Of a DNA stretch of 64,000 nt, positions 46,785-60,900 are shown one piece after another. The first letter of the stretch is position 1. Every line of letters begins with the position of its first letter. Location: NCBI RefSeq assembly GCF_009914755.1, contig NC_060927.1. One strand, 5' to 3'. Source of the DNA: the human T2T-CHM13v2.0 reference genome, Homo sapiens. The notes under the pieces were generated by a model that did not search any database, had not been told where the DNA came from, and worked only from the letters and a program-made list of their open reading frames with translations. The position numbers and the translations under genes are program-made.

Positions 46785-47360
46785 AGTTTTATTTACCTCA
46801 TTAGGGTTTATGGACACTTACTAAGAACTAGGTACTGGGGATACAAAATTGAATAAAGCTGGGATCTCGCTTCAAGTTGCTTATTTCAATCGTGGGTAAT
46901 GTCATGTAACAAATGAATGAATGACAAAGGGAGAAATGTACAGAATATAGCCTGAGATTACAAAAGAGTAAAAATTAGTTCTGTTGTTGGTGTCAGAGAA
47001 AAGGTATTTATGGCAGGCTTCAAAAAATGGCTCAGAATGAGCTAGGAAGATAAGACTGTTAAAGGTATTCCAGGCAGAGAACTCTGATCAAGATACCTTG
47101 TCATTCTACAAAGAAAGATAAATCTATTTAATAAAAGGCTGGGGAGAAATCAAGGTGAGGCAGAAGAAATAGGTTAGAAACAAGTTACATAAGATCTTCT
47201 GTGCTCTGTTAGGGAATTTTGAATTAATTCCGCAAGAAGTGGGAAATTACTAAAGATTTTAGTGCTGGTAGATGGCCTGCAGTAGCTGGAGAGAAATTGT
47301 AGTGCTGTGCTATGGAGAAAAAATTGATGAATGGAAATATGTTTATTGTGGAATATTTCA
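46785..47360 (-). mobile_element. L2 remnant
   Basis: cacttactaagaactaggtactggggatacaaaattgaataa...ggtattccaggcagagaac...agggaattttgaattaattcc. Confidence 0.65.
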
Positions 47361-47419
47361 GTCTGGAGAGAGGCCAGCTAAAAGAAAATGAAGGAATTTC
47401 TAGTTGGGGGGGGGTCTTG

Positions 47420-47600
47420 AGTTTGCAAGTTGGTGTAATAGTTGACTAATAATGTAAATTTGGGCAAGGTTATTGGTGCTTCCAAGCCTAACATACTCAC
47501 GTAAAAAATAATGGTGAGTGAGACCTCCCTAAAAGGTTGTTGTGAGGATTAGATGAAGAAAAATAATGTTCACATATAGGAGGGCTGTTAAGTATTAGTT
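47420..47600 (+). mobile_element. MIR
   Basis: aatttgggcaaggttatt...cctccctaaaaggttgttgtgaggattagatga. Confidence 0.7.
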
Positions 47601-48331
47601 CTCTTTCCTAAAAGTAATCTAGACAGTTTAACTCCTAATCTGTAACTAAAATGATAATACTTAGTCTTTGTTTTAAAAGATTGCTAAACTAGGACATCCA
47701 TAACCATAGATAACCAGTATTTGATTTCTATATTTTTACTCTTTAATTTTTTAAAAAATTTCTGATAGCTAAAATTCCTTAACAAGTATATTAATTTTAT
47801 TTCTTCACTTTTAGTTATAAGAGAGAATGGAAAAAACAATGACGATACTACTCAGTGAAGTATTATTTGTGAATGTGAAGGTAGTGATAAAAAGTCCTTT
47901 TGAGCTTTCTTTTCAGAGTAAGCGATCCCTCTTTCAGTATTTATGTAGGGGTGGTCTAAGTGAGCTAAATATCCAAATCACAGGGGAAATTTAAGTGTTT
48001 GTTTCTGGACCTAACCCCAGACTTCCTGAGTCAAAATATCTGGGTCTAGAATGCCAAAATTATGTGTTTATCATCTCAACAATTTTAATACTCATCAATA
48101 TTCGGAAGCTATTGCAGTATTTTCTTTCTCCTTCCCCCTTTCTTCTTTTTCTATCTCAGAGCTTAGTATCAACTTTAGTTTTAATGATTCTCCTAGATCT
48201 CCTTTTGTTATAACTCCTCCTTTATTTTAATTTGTATCATATGGAAGTGTTACATCTGTACCACTATAATCAGGTAAGAGAATAAAATGATGGCAGTGAG
48301 TACGGAATTTCACACGATTTACATTTTGTAG

Positions 48332-48661
<330 letters not shown>

Positions 48662-49946
48662 ATGCATATTTCCTTGTTAATGATAACTACAATAGCAAAG
48701 AGTTATTGAGTGAACACTGACAATGACCCTATGAGGTAGAGATGTTAGGTAAGGAGACTGAGAAAGGATAACTTAGTTAATTTACCTTAGGTCAAAGAGC
48801 TAGAAAACTAATATATTTAGGATTCAACCCCCCGAAAAATCTTCTCTTTTACTCTTTACATTACATCATGTTACCTCTCTATTCTGTCCCGAGAGGGCCA
48901 TTATATTATTTCCAATCCTCTGACATTGTGACTAGATCAAGATCTGCGAGCGTACTGTCATCTGTGACCAGCATGATGCTAGTATAGGTGTAGGAAGAAG
49001 AAAGAGATTGACTGGCAAGATTTAACTAGCCATCTTATTAAATGTCTCTATTCAATGAGAGCTGAGACAGATAAATATCAAACAGTGAGTGTCACTTTTA
49101 ACCAATTGGAAATATCAAGGGCTTATCTCAGAAGAGGATTATGCCTCTGTTAGAAAACTCTAGGATGGCTACATGCTTAGGACAGAGGGATGAGAGAAAA
49201 TTGTTGGATCACAAAAAAAAAAAAGATAAATTATATATGATTTCATGATTAAGGTGGTATATACTCACAAAATGTAAAAATATTGCCTGTTGTATCCTAG
49301 CCACCCTGTGCTTGAAATGCCAACTAAATGTGACATGGGAGATTGGTGCTTAGGACAATGACTACCTTATCCTCTCTCCCCTTGTAATGAGAGGGATTTC
49401 TGGTTGTTTTCTCCATGGAGAAACCATTTATTAAATATTATGATGCTTGGCAATTTGCCTCACTGGAAGATATTTGGCTAATCCCTTTCATTATCTATAA
49501 AATCAGAATAACAATAATAACTATGTGTTTGGGGGTACTGTTTTCAATTTTAGCTTTTACTGTTTTTATTGTTATTTTTATATTTATTTAAAGTTGTCAG
49601 CCAATGAGCACAACCATCTGGTTAACAATTGTGAAATAGTACAGAGGCTCCTTGACTTATAATGGGGTCTATAAATCAACCGTGAGTTCAAAATATCAAA
49701 AAATCCTGTGTCAAAAATGCTCTTAATACAACTAACCTACCAAACATCACAGCTTAGCTTAGCCTACCTTAAATGTGCTCAGAAAACTTGCATTAGCCTA
49801 CAGTTGGGCAAAAGCACCTAACAAAAAATTCTGTTTTATTATAAAGTGTTGAATATCTCATGTAATTTATTGAACACCGAAAGTGAAAAACAGAATGGTT
49901 GTATGAGTACTTGAAGTAAGGTTTCTACTAAATGTGTATTGATTTT

Positions 49947-50306
49947 TGGTATGGTTTGGCTGTGTCCCCACCCAAATCTTATCTTGAATTGTAGCTCCCA
50001 TAATTCCCACGTGTTGTGGGAGAAACTCAGTGGGAGATAATTGAGTCATGGGGATGGTTTCCCCCATACTGTTCTCGTGGTATGAGTAAGTCTCATGAGA
50101 TCTGATGGTTTTATAAGGGGAAACCCCTTTCTCTTGGATCTCATTGTCTCTTGTCAGCCACCTTGTAAGAAATGTCTTTTGCTTTCCACCATGATCATGA
50201 GACCTCACCAGCCACGCGGAACTGTGAGTCCATTAAACCTCTTTCTCTTTATAAATTACTCATTCTTGAGTATGTTTTTATCAGTTGCATGAGAAAGGTG
50301 AATACA
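49947..50306 (+). mobile_element. THE1B/C solo LTR
   Basis: tggtatggtttggctgtgtccccacccaaatc...gtgaataca; TSD atttt/ctttt. Confidence 0.9.
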
Positions 50307-50344
50307 CTTTTGCACCATCATAGAAATGAAAAATTGTAACTTCA

Positions 50345-50640
50345 GGCCGGGCGCTGTGGCTCACGCCTGTAATCCCATCACTTTGGGAGGCCAAGACGGG
50401 TGGATCACGAGGTCAGGAGTTCAAGACCAGCCTGGCCAAGATGGTGAAACCCCATCTCTACTGAAAATACAAAAATTAGCTGGGCGTGGTAGCGGGTGCC
50501 TGTAATCCCAGCTACTCAGGAGGCTGAGGCAGAGATTGCTTGAACCTGGAAGGCTGAGTTTGCAGTGAGCTGGAATAGTGCCACTGCACTCCAGCCTGGG
50601 TGACAGAGTGAGACTCCATTTCAAATAGAAAAAAAGAAAA
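50345..50640 (+). mobile_element. AluSg-like
   Basis: Alu dimer; TSD aaaattgtaacttca/aagattgtgatttca. Confidence 0.94.
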
Positions 50641-51464
50641 GATTGTGATTTCAACCATCACAAGTCAGGGACCATCTATATTTACTTACTCTTCCACTAT
50701 ATAGAATATTCACACTAAAGAGGATGATCCAATAGTCAACTGTCATTTATTTGAAAAGGAAAATGTAAAGGGTAGGACCTTGACTACTTTCACTGAAATG
50801 ATGCTAATTTTGTATCAAATTGATGTTTTATTCTTTATCAGTGTTTTAATCTACCATAGTGTTTGTAACATCAATCTTATAACCATGAGCCTGAAATCAT
50901 ATGAAGCCTTCTTGAAAAGGCCCTGGGTCCTCTTTAAATACTACAGAATCTGCATCTCTTGGAGTAAAACCACATATTAAAAAATACATTTATTTCAGAT
51001 AATTCCTACTAACATAAAGTTTGATTGATGACTATTGATTCAATCTCTGTGAATCTTTTACTGTGTGTGTGCATGTATATATATAAAATGTGCATACATA
51101 TAGATATGTGTGTATATATATGATGTACACATAAAATAATTTTTACTCAAATAATATCTTGTTTTATTTTCTCAGAATACTTTCTTTTTCAGTTCTGACC
51201 TGTATTAAACAGTGTAACATTCTCCTTTTACAAATAGGTATCATCAGACAAACTTAAAGATGATCTGACAATGTCATTTTCCAAGGGACTGATAGAAAGA
51301 TTGAGTATCATGGAATCAGAACAGACAACAGAGAATCAGGTATTTATCTTTAGAACCAATGATAGACTTGGAGGCTATTTATTCATTGCCAAAAATCTGA
51401 ATAAAATGTCAGACTTCAAACGTATTGATAAATCTCTGTATCAGTGGGAAAAACTTTAAACAGT

Positions 51465-51765
51465 CAGGCTGCATCAGGTCGGTTTTGTTTGGCTATCTAT
51501 ATATTAAAAAAACACGATTTTTTAAACTTAATTAGTTGTTGGTACTTTAAAATCAGAAGTCTGCAATTACAATGTCAGATTTCCAATCTCCTCTAAAAAA
51601 TGGTAAATCTGGAAAAACTGTGCCCACATAACCATATTGTAGCTGAAGACAACCTGTCCCTTTTTGGTGGATGCTCACACTCCAGGGAGCTTCATTTCAC
51701 ACAGGCCAGCTTTGCTCATTTACGTTACTCCTTTGGGCACTCAGGTTTGTAACCCTTACTCTAGA
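51465..51765. mobile_element. hAT-Charlie MER102-like remnant
   Basis: aatgtcagatttccaatctcctct...ttgctcatttacgttact...ggtttgtaacccttactctaga. Confidence 0.5.
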
Positions 51766-51927
51766 CATTTTGCATAAGGTCAACTATACCATCTGAAAAA
51801 GCAGCAGTTAATACGTGTTTGTTAGAATGAATACAAGATATATGAATAAGTACATCTGGAAAACTAAATTTTAAAATTTAAAATCCCAAATCTGAGATTA
51901 TATTGTCACATTTTTGGTTAAGGATCT

Positions 51928-52267
51928 TGATATAGTTTGGCTGTGTCCCCACCCAAATCTCATCTTGAATTGTAGCTCCCATAATCCCCTTGTGTCATGG
52001 GAGGGATCCAGTGGGAGGTAATTGAATCACGGGGGCAGGATTTTTCATGCTGTTCTCATGATAGTGAATAAGTCTTACAACATCTGATGGTTTTATAAAG
52101 GGCAGTTCCCCTGCACGTACTCTCTTGACTGCCGCCATATAAGACATGCTTTTCCTCCTACTTCACCTTCTGCCATGTGGAACTGCGAGTCCATTCAACT
52201 TCGTTTTCTTTGTAAAGTACCCAGTCTCAGATATTTCTTCATAGCAGTATGAAAATGGACTAACACA
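51928..52267 (+). mobile_element. THE1D-like solo LTR
   Basis: tgatatagtttggctgtgtccccacccaaatctc...aatggactaacaca; TSD gatct/gacct. Confidence 0.9.
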
Positions 52268-54122
52268 GACCTCTAATTGCTTAGCCACTAATAATTAGAT
52301 AACCTAGAATGTATAGTTTTTATTTATCATGAAGTTTATATAAAAAAGCACCCACAGTTATGTCTTTTGCACTTTTACAGAAGTAAATTGTGTTATAAAT
52401 TTGCTAACCCAAGATAAGAATTATTCTGTAATCCCTAAACTATTATATTATCTATTTCTATTGTCCTGTATTTTCCTAATTAGAAAAAGTAAACTTGTAT
52501 GTTCTGGAGTCAGCTTGTTTTCAGTTTGAGGAATAAGAAATTTTATTCTGTGGTAATGACGTGTCATGTTCCTTTCCACTGCCATAGTTTGCCATTTCCT
52601 TTAGTATAATTTAAAATTTTTAAACTAGTTTCAGTTACAAAATGTGTATTTACCATCCAAATTCAATACTTTTTCCAAAAGGATTTGTTTGAACCACTAT
52701 GCTTGTCAATATATAAGAGCAGTTTGATAATGTACTGAAACAATGCCTTCAATGAGGCTTCTCCTTTTCTTTCTACTCAGTGAGATATTCCAGTGAAAGC
52801 TCATAAAACATGTGGTCTCATCAAAATATTCCAGCAAAAAGAGTGAGATTTATTTTTTAACTTTAAGAGTGTTAGCTTTTTAAAGAATATTTTTTCCAGG
52901 TTCTAGTGATCATTCTAACATAAAATGCTACCGAATATATAATAGGCTTAGGTCTTTTTCAGGAATTGCAGAAAAAATTTTTTTAAAAAATTGTGAAAGT
53001 AGGTCATATTGACTTAATTCTGTCTTTGTTGTTTTAAAAGATTTGGACTGAATCAGAATAAACAGGCAATGCAGACACTTGTTCTCTGAATCACAATCAA
53101 GACTCAGTGCTGGAACAGATTTGAGGAATGTATACAATTCTTATCTAAACTGATGTCTGATATTTAACCAGGTTAAAGTTTTTTCTTTTATTTTAATGTG
53201 AGAAAAATTTAACAGATAATACATTTTCCCTTCACTACTCAATGTCTCAGTTAGAATTTCATCTGAATTGCATTTATTCAATTCATTTTATTTCTTGACT
53301 TGGTGGATTTAATATTCCTGGCATGCTTTGAAAACATGGCTGAATGCATTTATGAATGAAAATTGACAAATCCTAGTTCTGTTTCTTAAATACATTATTT
53401 GTCACAAGCTTTAGAAGAAAATCACTAATTATTTAATGTGGTTGTATTTTCAAATCCCTGAAAAGTGTTGAATGCTATATACCAAACATATATTGGCATA
53501 TCAAATGTTGCCCAAGAGTCAAGCATGACTTTTATAAGAAGTTGCAAGAAAAGATTGAAAATATTTGTAAAAATGAATATTTTGTCACTCTTTAAGAACC
53601 AGAATGCTTTGATCTACATTTGTAGATTTCTAGTTTGGATAAGTTATTTGGAGAAATAAACAAAATTGTTTTATTGAAAAAGTTTTATGTTAATTTCATA
53701 GTTGACTGTTTCCATGGAAAATAAAAATATTTTTGACTCTTACCATAAACTCTTAGATTTAATGTCACCTTTGGTTGTTTATCTGTACGTTTCTTCCTAT
53801 TCAATCTCCAGACATATCTCCAAATATATCACGGTATAAAAAGTAGAAAACACTGTAGAATAATTTTCTCCACTTATTTTACGGGATTTTATGAATGTCT
53901 CGTAATCTTTGTCAAACACTTTTATTTTACTTAAAAAGGCAAATACACAGCAAACAAAATTGTATATGGGCTCTGTGTGATCAAAATAAAACCATTCAGA
54001 ATCATTGCACGTTAGTGTTAAAGATGATGTGAAAAAATAAAACGTGTATGCATTCATTACCTATTCATATTGTGAAATATTGTTGATGATTTGCAAACCT
54101 TAACATATTATTAGTTACTTTC

Positions 54123-54500
54123 TGTTGTGGACTGAATTGTGTCTTCCCAAAATTCATATGTTGAAACTCTGAACCCCAATGTGACTGTATTTGGAGATAA
54201 GGCCTTTAGGGAGGTAACTAAGTTTAAATGAGGTCATGAGTTTTGGGCCCTAGGCCAGTATTCTTACAAGAACAAAAAGAGACACAAGAGATTTCTCTCT
54301 CTCTTTTCCCCAACACACACAAAGAAAGGGCCATGTGAGAGGTTATCTACATGTCAGGCAGAGAGGCCTTACAAGGAACCAACCTTCATAGCACCTTGTT
54401 CTTGGGCTATTAGCTTCTGGAACTGTAGAAAACAAATTCCTGTTGTTTAGGCTATCCAGTCTCAGATATGTTGTTATGTCAGCTCTAGAAGACCTTATTC
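54123..54500 (+). mobile_element. MLT1A/B LTR
   Basis: tgttgtggactgaattgtgtcttcccaaaattcatatgttgaa...ttgttatgtcagc. Confidence 0.85.
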
Positions 54501-54903
54501 ATATATGCATGGCATTCTTATAGCCACTCAAAATAAAAGAAATTATCATGTAATTTTGCATTCTTAGACAAATCTCCCATGTTGGCATTGAAAACTTTTC
54601 TAATTTTCTCCAGGAATCAACTTACTCTGGTGAGCTTTGTTGAGAGTAGATTTTTTGAGGAAAGAATTGAAGGAGTGGCCATATTCATACTAGAATAAAA
54701 CATAGGAGATGTCAAGATTATCTGAAGGTAGGGGAGAAGAGAATGCTGATAACTTAGCCGATTCCACTAAATATTTTCTTTAGTGGGACACTTGCCAAAT
54801 CATACAATGTATGTACACTATCGACTACCTCTGTTTAATACTCTATAGCAGTCTTCATAATTATAACCACCATTTTGAATACGTCCTAGGTATCTATTAC
54901 TGA

Positions 54904-55238
<335 letters not shown>

Positions 55239-55424
55239 ACATTATGGGAAATTCTTAATACAAGTATTGTTAACTCATTTGACAGATTAGAAGACTGAAG
55301 GTCAAATCTAAATATTTTTTAAAGAGCATGCACTTGAAGAAAATTTATTTTGAACTAAAGTTTGGTTTCAAATTTATTACTGTAAATTATTTTGATATTA
55401 AAAAGTCAACTTTACAGAAAAATT

Positions 55425-55550
55425 GATATGATTGATCTATAGTTCAATCATATCTAGATAATCATTATCATAGATAATATCTATGATTGATCTATTAGAT
55501 AATATGATCTATCTAATGAATCTATTAGATAATCTGATCTATCTAATGAA
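55425..55550. repeat. Cluster of AT-rich palindromes plus a 30-bp tandem duplication
   Basis: Inverted repeats at 55425-55454 and 55467-55487; direct-repeat units at 55491-55520 and 55521-55550. Confidence 0.85.
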
Positions 55551-56097
55551 TATGTGAAAATACTTTTTTCTCTCCTCCTTTTCTCCTAATTTTGGCTTGT
55601 TTTCTAAAGAACCTAGATTTATCTTCTGGGTGTTTATATACAAGTTTGGATCTGTTTGTCCATAGGACTTTTATTCATAATAATGCCACCATAAGTCTGG
55701 AAAATCTAGTGTCCCACAGTGAACACATTTAAGAGTAATCTATAGAAAGCCACAAGGCAAACACAAAGCAGTAAACAATATATGAACCAGTGCACCTGCA
55801 AATTACTTGTCAGAGCTAAGAGTTTCTAGTGACATTAAATATCCCTCACATGGAATATTTCTATTGATTCAGGGTTCATGGAAGGCAAGGGACAAAGGAT
55901 CATGTTGACTACAACTCAGCTTCTTTTTCTTAATTGATCTTGTGTGTGATTGTCACTCTCGATCAATGTTGAGAAAGAGGAGCCTCTATATCCAGAATTC
56001 ATCTTCTGAATTCTCCTTACTGATATTGCACCATTACTTATCCCAATCACTGTCAGTTTTTCTTGGCAAATTCTTGGATTTATTTAATGACATAAGC

Positions 56098-56660
56098 CAG
56101 TAATTTGCAACACGTGGTCCCAGACAGCAGCATCAGCATAGCCAGTTGGTATGGGCTGAATTATGTCACCCTGAAATTCATATGTTGAAGATCTAACTTG
56201 GAAGACTGTGACTATATTTGGAGAGAGAGCATTTAAAGTGGTGATTAAGTTAAACTGGAGCTATTAGAGTGGTTCCTAATCCAGTATGTCTGTTATCCTT
56301 ATAAGAAGGGGAGAGAAGAGACACCAGATACTTGCAGACACAGAAGAAATACCATGTGCAAACATACCCAGAAGACCACCATCTGCAAGAGAAGGAGAGA
56401 GACCTCAGAATACACCAATGCTGCTGAAACCTTCATCTTGGACTTCCAGCCTCCAGACTTTGAGAAAATAAATTTCTGTTGTTTAAGGAGCGCAGTCTAT
56501 GGTATTTGGTAATGGCATCCCTAGCAAACTAATGTACCTGGAAAGTTATTAGAACTGAAAAATACTGGTCCCACCTAAAATTTACTGGTTAGAAACTCTG
56601 GAGGTGGAGTTCAATAATTTTTGTTTCATCAGGACTTTTGGATGATGTACCCTAACTACT
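56098..56660. mobile_element. MER5A split by an MLT1B LTR (LTR ~56147-56536, +)
   Basis: gtggtcccagacagcagcatcagcat | tggtatgggctgaatt...ctagcaaactaatgta | cctggaaagttattagaa...agaaactctggaggtgg. Confidence 0.8.
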
Positions 56661-56794
56661 GATTTCAATAACTGATTTAATCTATATTATTGTGGAATTA
56701 ATTGATATTGCCAGTAAGTTAGATTATTTCAGTAAAGGTCATAAAGGGTCTTCTTTTTTTTCTCAGTAATGAGAAGCCCTAACCCCAGTCCCTC

Positions 56795-57897
56795 AGTTGT
56801 GGTTAATTTTAGATTAGGTGCCATGTGCAGATGAGAAGAATGCATATTCTGCTGTTTTGGGGAGGAGAGTTCTGGAGATATACATTAGGCCCATTTGGTC
56901 AAATGTCAAATTCAGGCCCAGGATATCTGTTAATTTTCTGCATCAGTGATCTTTCTAATACTGTCAGTGGCATGCTGAAGTCTTCCACTATTTTTGTGGC
57001 ATTATCTACACCTCTTCATAGGTCTCTAAGAACTTGCTTTATGAATCTGGGTGCTTCTGTGTTGGGTGCATATATATTTAAGACAGATCTTCTTGTTAAA
57101 TTGAGCCCTTTAACTATTATGTAATGCCCTTCTTTGTCTTTTTTTGATTTTTATTGGTTTAAAGTATGTTTGGTCTGAAATTAGAATAGAAACCCCTACT
57201 TTTTTTTCTACTTTCCATTTGTGTGGTATATTTTTCTCCATCCCTTTCCTTTGAGTCTATGGGTGTCATTGCATGTGAGATGGATCTCTTCAATACTAGC
57301 ATACAGTTGGGTCTTGCTTCTTCAAGCAAATGACTGCTATGTGCCTTTTAATTGGGGCATTTTGCCCATTTAGATTCAGGGTTAATATTGACATTTGCAG
57401 GTTTGATCCTGTCATCATGTAGTTAGCTGGTTATTACAATGACTTGATTGTGTGGTTGTTTTATAGTGCCAATGATTTATGTACTTAAGTATGTGTTTGA
57501 GGTAGCTGGCACAATTCTTTCCTTTCCATATTTAGCACTTCTTTTAGGATCTCATGTAAGGCAAATCTGGTGGCAATAAATTCCCTTAACATTTACTTGT
57601 CTGAAAAGGATCTTATTTGTCCTTCAGTTGTGAATTTCAGCTTGGCTAGATATTAAATTACTGGTTGAAATTTATTTTCTTTAAAATGCTGAATATAGAT
57701 CCCCAATCTTTTCTAGCTTATTGAGTTTCTTCTGAAAGATCCACTGTTAGCCTGATGGGGTTTCCTATGTAGGTGACCTTCCTCATCTCTCTAGCTGCCT
57801 TTAACATTTTTCTTTCACTTCAACCTTGGAGAATCTGATGACTATGTGTCTTGAGGATGATTTTCTTGTATAGTATCTTGCTGGGGTTATCTGCATG
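56795..57897 (-). mobile_element. L1P/L1PB internal fragment (ORF1 3' part, ORF2 endonuclease)
   Basis: Antisense ttgctttatgaatctgggtgct...gggtgcatatatatt, homologous to 14170-14220 and 40810-40860. Confidence 0.85.
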
Positions 57898-58434
57898 AAA
57901 AACATCTTGTATATCCATACTTTATGGGGAATATAAAAAAAAACAAACAAAAAACTCAACAACCAATGTTTACTAAAACAAAAAAAAAGGAAAATTGAAG
58001 AAATATTTTAAAAACTAATAGAATACCTGAGCTATAAAAGATTAACCAATGTTAATTTCCTTTATATTTGGAGATTGATACCAGAAGAGGTCAGGATAGG
58101 GGATGAAGATAATTTAACTAGCTAAATAGTTTACACTTTTTCTTTTTATATTATACAAAATGAGGAGAAGCATCGGTATGCTGAGGAAGGAAAGAATGAT
58201 ATAGCTTCTCCAAGAATCTGTGAGAATAAAAGACAAATCAGGGCCAACTGACAGAGCTCTCAATGGCCAAAACTGAAAATATTTAAGCAGCAATATAAAG
58301 TATTATTGGATTATAATCCAAAGTATAAAATAAATATTCTGATACAAAGAAATGACTGAATGAATAAGCAAATTTATTAATAAATGGTGATAGACAAATC
58401 TCCCATGCAGAAGAATTCCAAATAACCTAAGTAA

Positions 58435-58801
<367 letters not shown>

Positions 58802-59223
58802 ACGTAGTTATTTTCATCCAGAATATGGAAAGAGGAAAAATAGTAATCTTACGACTATTTTATGATACAAAAACTTAGCCAAGTGATATAGATTATCACC
58901 AACAATGATAAGTCATTTGGATAATATGTACTCCTGCTGTGATGTGATGAGAACGACATTTTACCTTTACGGTCTTCTTTTAAAAAAAATTGTAATTTAA
59001 GAGTAATCATGAGGAAAACAACAGATAATTCCAACTGAAGTATATTCTACAAAAAAAAAAAAAATTGGTATTGTTTACCACCATCTAGGTTATCCAGAAT
59101 AAGTTTGAGAAACTATTACTGTCAAAAGAATCCCAAGGGAACATAACTAAATGTCATGTGATATTCTAGATGGGTTCATGGAAGCAAAGAATATTAGATT
59201 AAAATATGAGAAACTGGTTTTCT

Positions 59224-59529
59224 GGCCTGGCGCAGTGGCTCACGCCTGTAATCCCAGAGCTTTGGGAGGCCAAGGCATGTGGATCATGAGGTCAGGAGTT
59301 CAAGACCAGTCTGGCCAACATGGTGAAAGCCGGTCTGTACTAAAAATAGAAAAAATTAGCCGAGTGTGGTAGGGCACACCTGTAATCCCAGCTACTTGGG
59401 AGGCTGAGGCAGAGAGTTGCTTGAACCCAGGAGGCGGAAGTTGCAGTGAGCCAAGACTACGCCACTGCACTCCAGACTGGGCAAAAGAGCAAGACTCTGT
59501 CTCAAAAAAGAAAAAAAAAAAAGAAAGAA
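59224..59529 (+). mobile_element. AluSg-like
   Basis: Alu dimer; perfect 15-bp TSD agaaactggttttct (59209-59223 and 59530-59544). Confidence 0.95.
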
Positions 59530-59829
59530 AGAAACTGGTTTTCTAAAAAGTAAGAAAATCTGAATAAAGTATGGCTTTAGTTAATAATACTACATCAATA
59601 TTGGTTCACTACTTATGAAAAAATATACTACATTAACATATATTAATAATAAATTGATGTATGTTTATGTGAACGCAGTAAAGTCTTGTAATTTTTCTGT
59701 AAATTGAAAATTTTTAATATAGAATGTTTATTTAAAAAGAGAAATGAGTTTAGCATGGGAACATGGTTTTATAAATATAGAAGCACTGTATATGTAAGAG
59801 ATTGTTGTTATCATCTGCCAAAATATTTA

Positions 59830-60105
59830 GAAATCAAATATCATGAGCTTTGAGATAAAAGAGTTCCGGAGAGAGACTTCATAGTGAAGTCTGGAAACAG
59901 GAGAGGTGGCCATTTAATGGCTATGTGACCTTGTACAGACAACTTAATTTCTCTGAGATGTGATATTATTTATAAGTATTAATCATGATGTCTTCCCTGA
60001 CTAATTTAGAAAGTTCTATTTTTGAGGAAACATTTGGGAATTGTAAATGAGCATATACGATTTAAGGCAATACTCTTATTGTGATTTTTTAAAATGTTGT
60101 TAATA
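59830..60105 (+). mobile_element. MIR remnant
   Basis: ggctatgtgaccttgtacagacaacttaatttctctgag core. Confidence 0.6.
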
Positions 60106-60329
60106 TTATTTAAAACTCTGATGGAAAATGTGGATATTTAACAACCAGATCTGAGAGAAAAGGAATTACAGTAAGAAAAACTGAACAACTGTGAAGAAAG
60201 GGGAGTTTAAAGTGCAATGATGAAGTCCATATTCGTTATATTTAGGGTGAATTCTATATAGTCAGGTTCAGCTTTATTCACTAATTTATGAAAATCTTAC
60301 ATGAGGTATTTAATATTTATGAAATTAAT

Positions 60330-60900
60330 TGATGCATATGTGATGAAATATGCATGTTTAAGGATCATCCTAGTTATTGCATGGAGAAGGACTGGAAAAG
60401 GAGCAAGACTGAAGGCAGAGGAACCAATTTTGAGGCTGAGAGGCTACTGGAGTCAACAACACAAGAGATGAATGGTGTTTTATCTAAATTTGTGACAGAG
60501 GGTTGAAAAAATGAATGAATTCGAAACATATATGAGAGATAGAATTGTTGCAACTTGGTAATGCATCAGATTGGAGAGTAAGAATGAAGCAGATATCAAG
60601 AACAAATGTTAGGTGGGATCATTTACTGAAACAGAAAATAAAGAAGTAAATTTACAGTAGAAATACAACATGTTTACTTTAAATATGTTGGGTTTGAAAT
60701 ATTTATAGGACATTGAGGTGGACCCACCTAATATGTACTTTTCTATACATCTCTAAATATTAAGAGAATGCTACCAGCCAGGGATATATACGCAACAGAC
60801 TGTGAGCATATAGGATAATTAATAATTACATTTTCGGTTATGAAAGAGATAATGAGAAGAGAGTAGGACTATGAGAAGAAAGCCAGAGACTGAGGTATGA
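60330..60900 (-). mobile_element. L2 remnant
   Basis: tgtttaaggatcatcctagttattgcatggagaaggactgg...atatgttgggtttgaaatatttataggacat. Confidence 0.65.

Larger units (their letters stand above)
49642..50678. mobile_element. MER47A (TcMar-Tigger) split by a THE1 LTR and an Alu
   Basis: TA|cagaggctccttgactta...cctaccaaacatcacagcttagcttagcctacc...aagtcagggaccatct; terminal inverted repeats. Confidence 0.85.

Noticed and set aside
49947-52267. Two THE1 LTRs ~1.6 kb apart as one THE1 provirus
   Set aside because: Each has its own TSD, they look like different subfamilies, and the intervening DNA is MER47A, Alu and unique sequence rather than THE1-int.
52781-52842. Acceptor/donor-flanked 62-nt segment
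   Set aside because: It has stops in all frames and a weak donor, with no other support.
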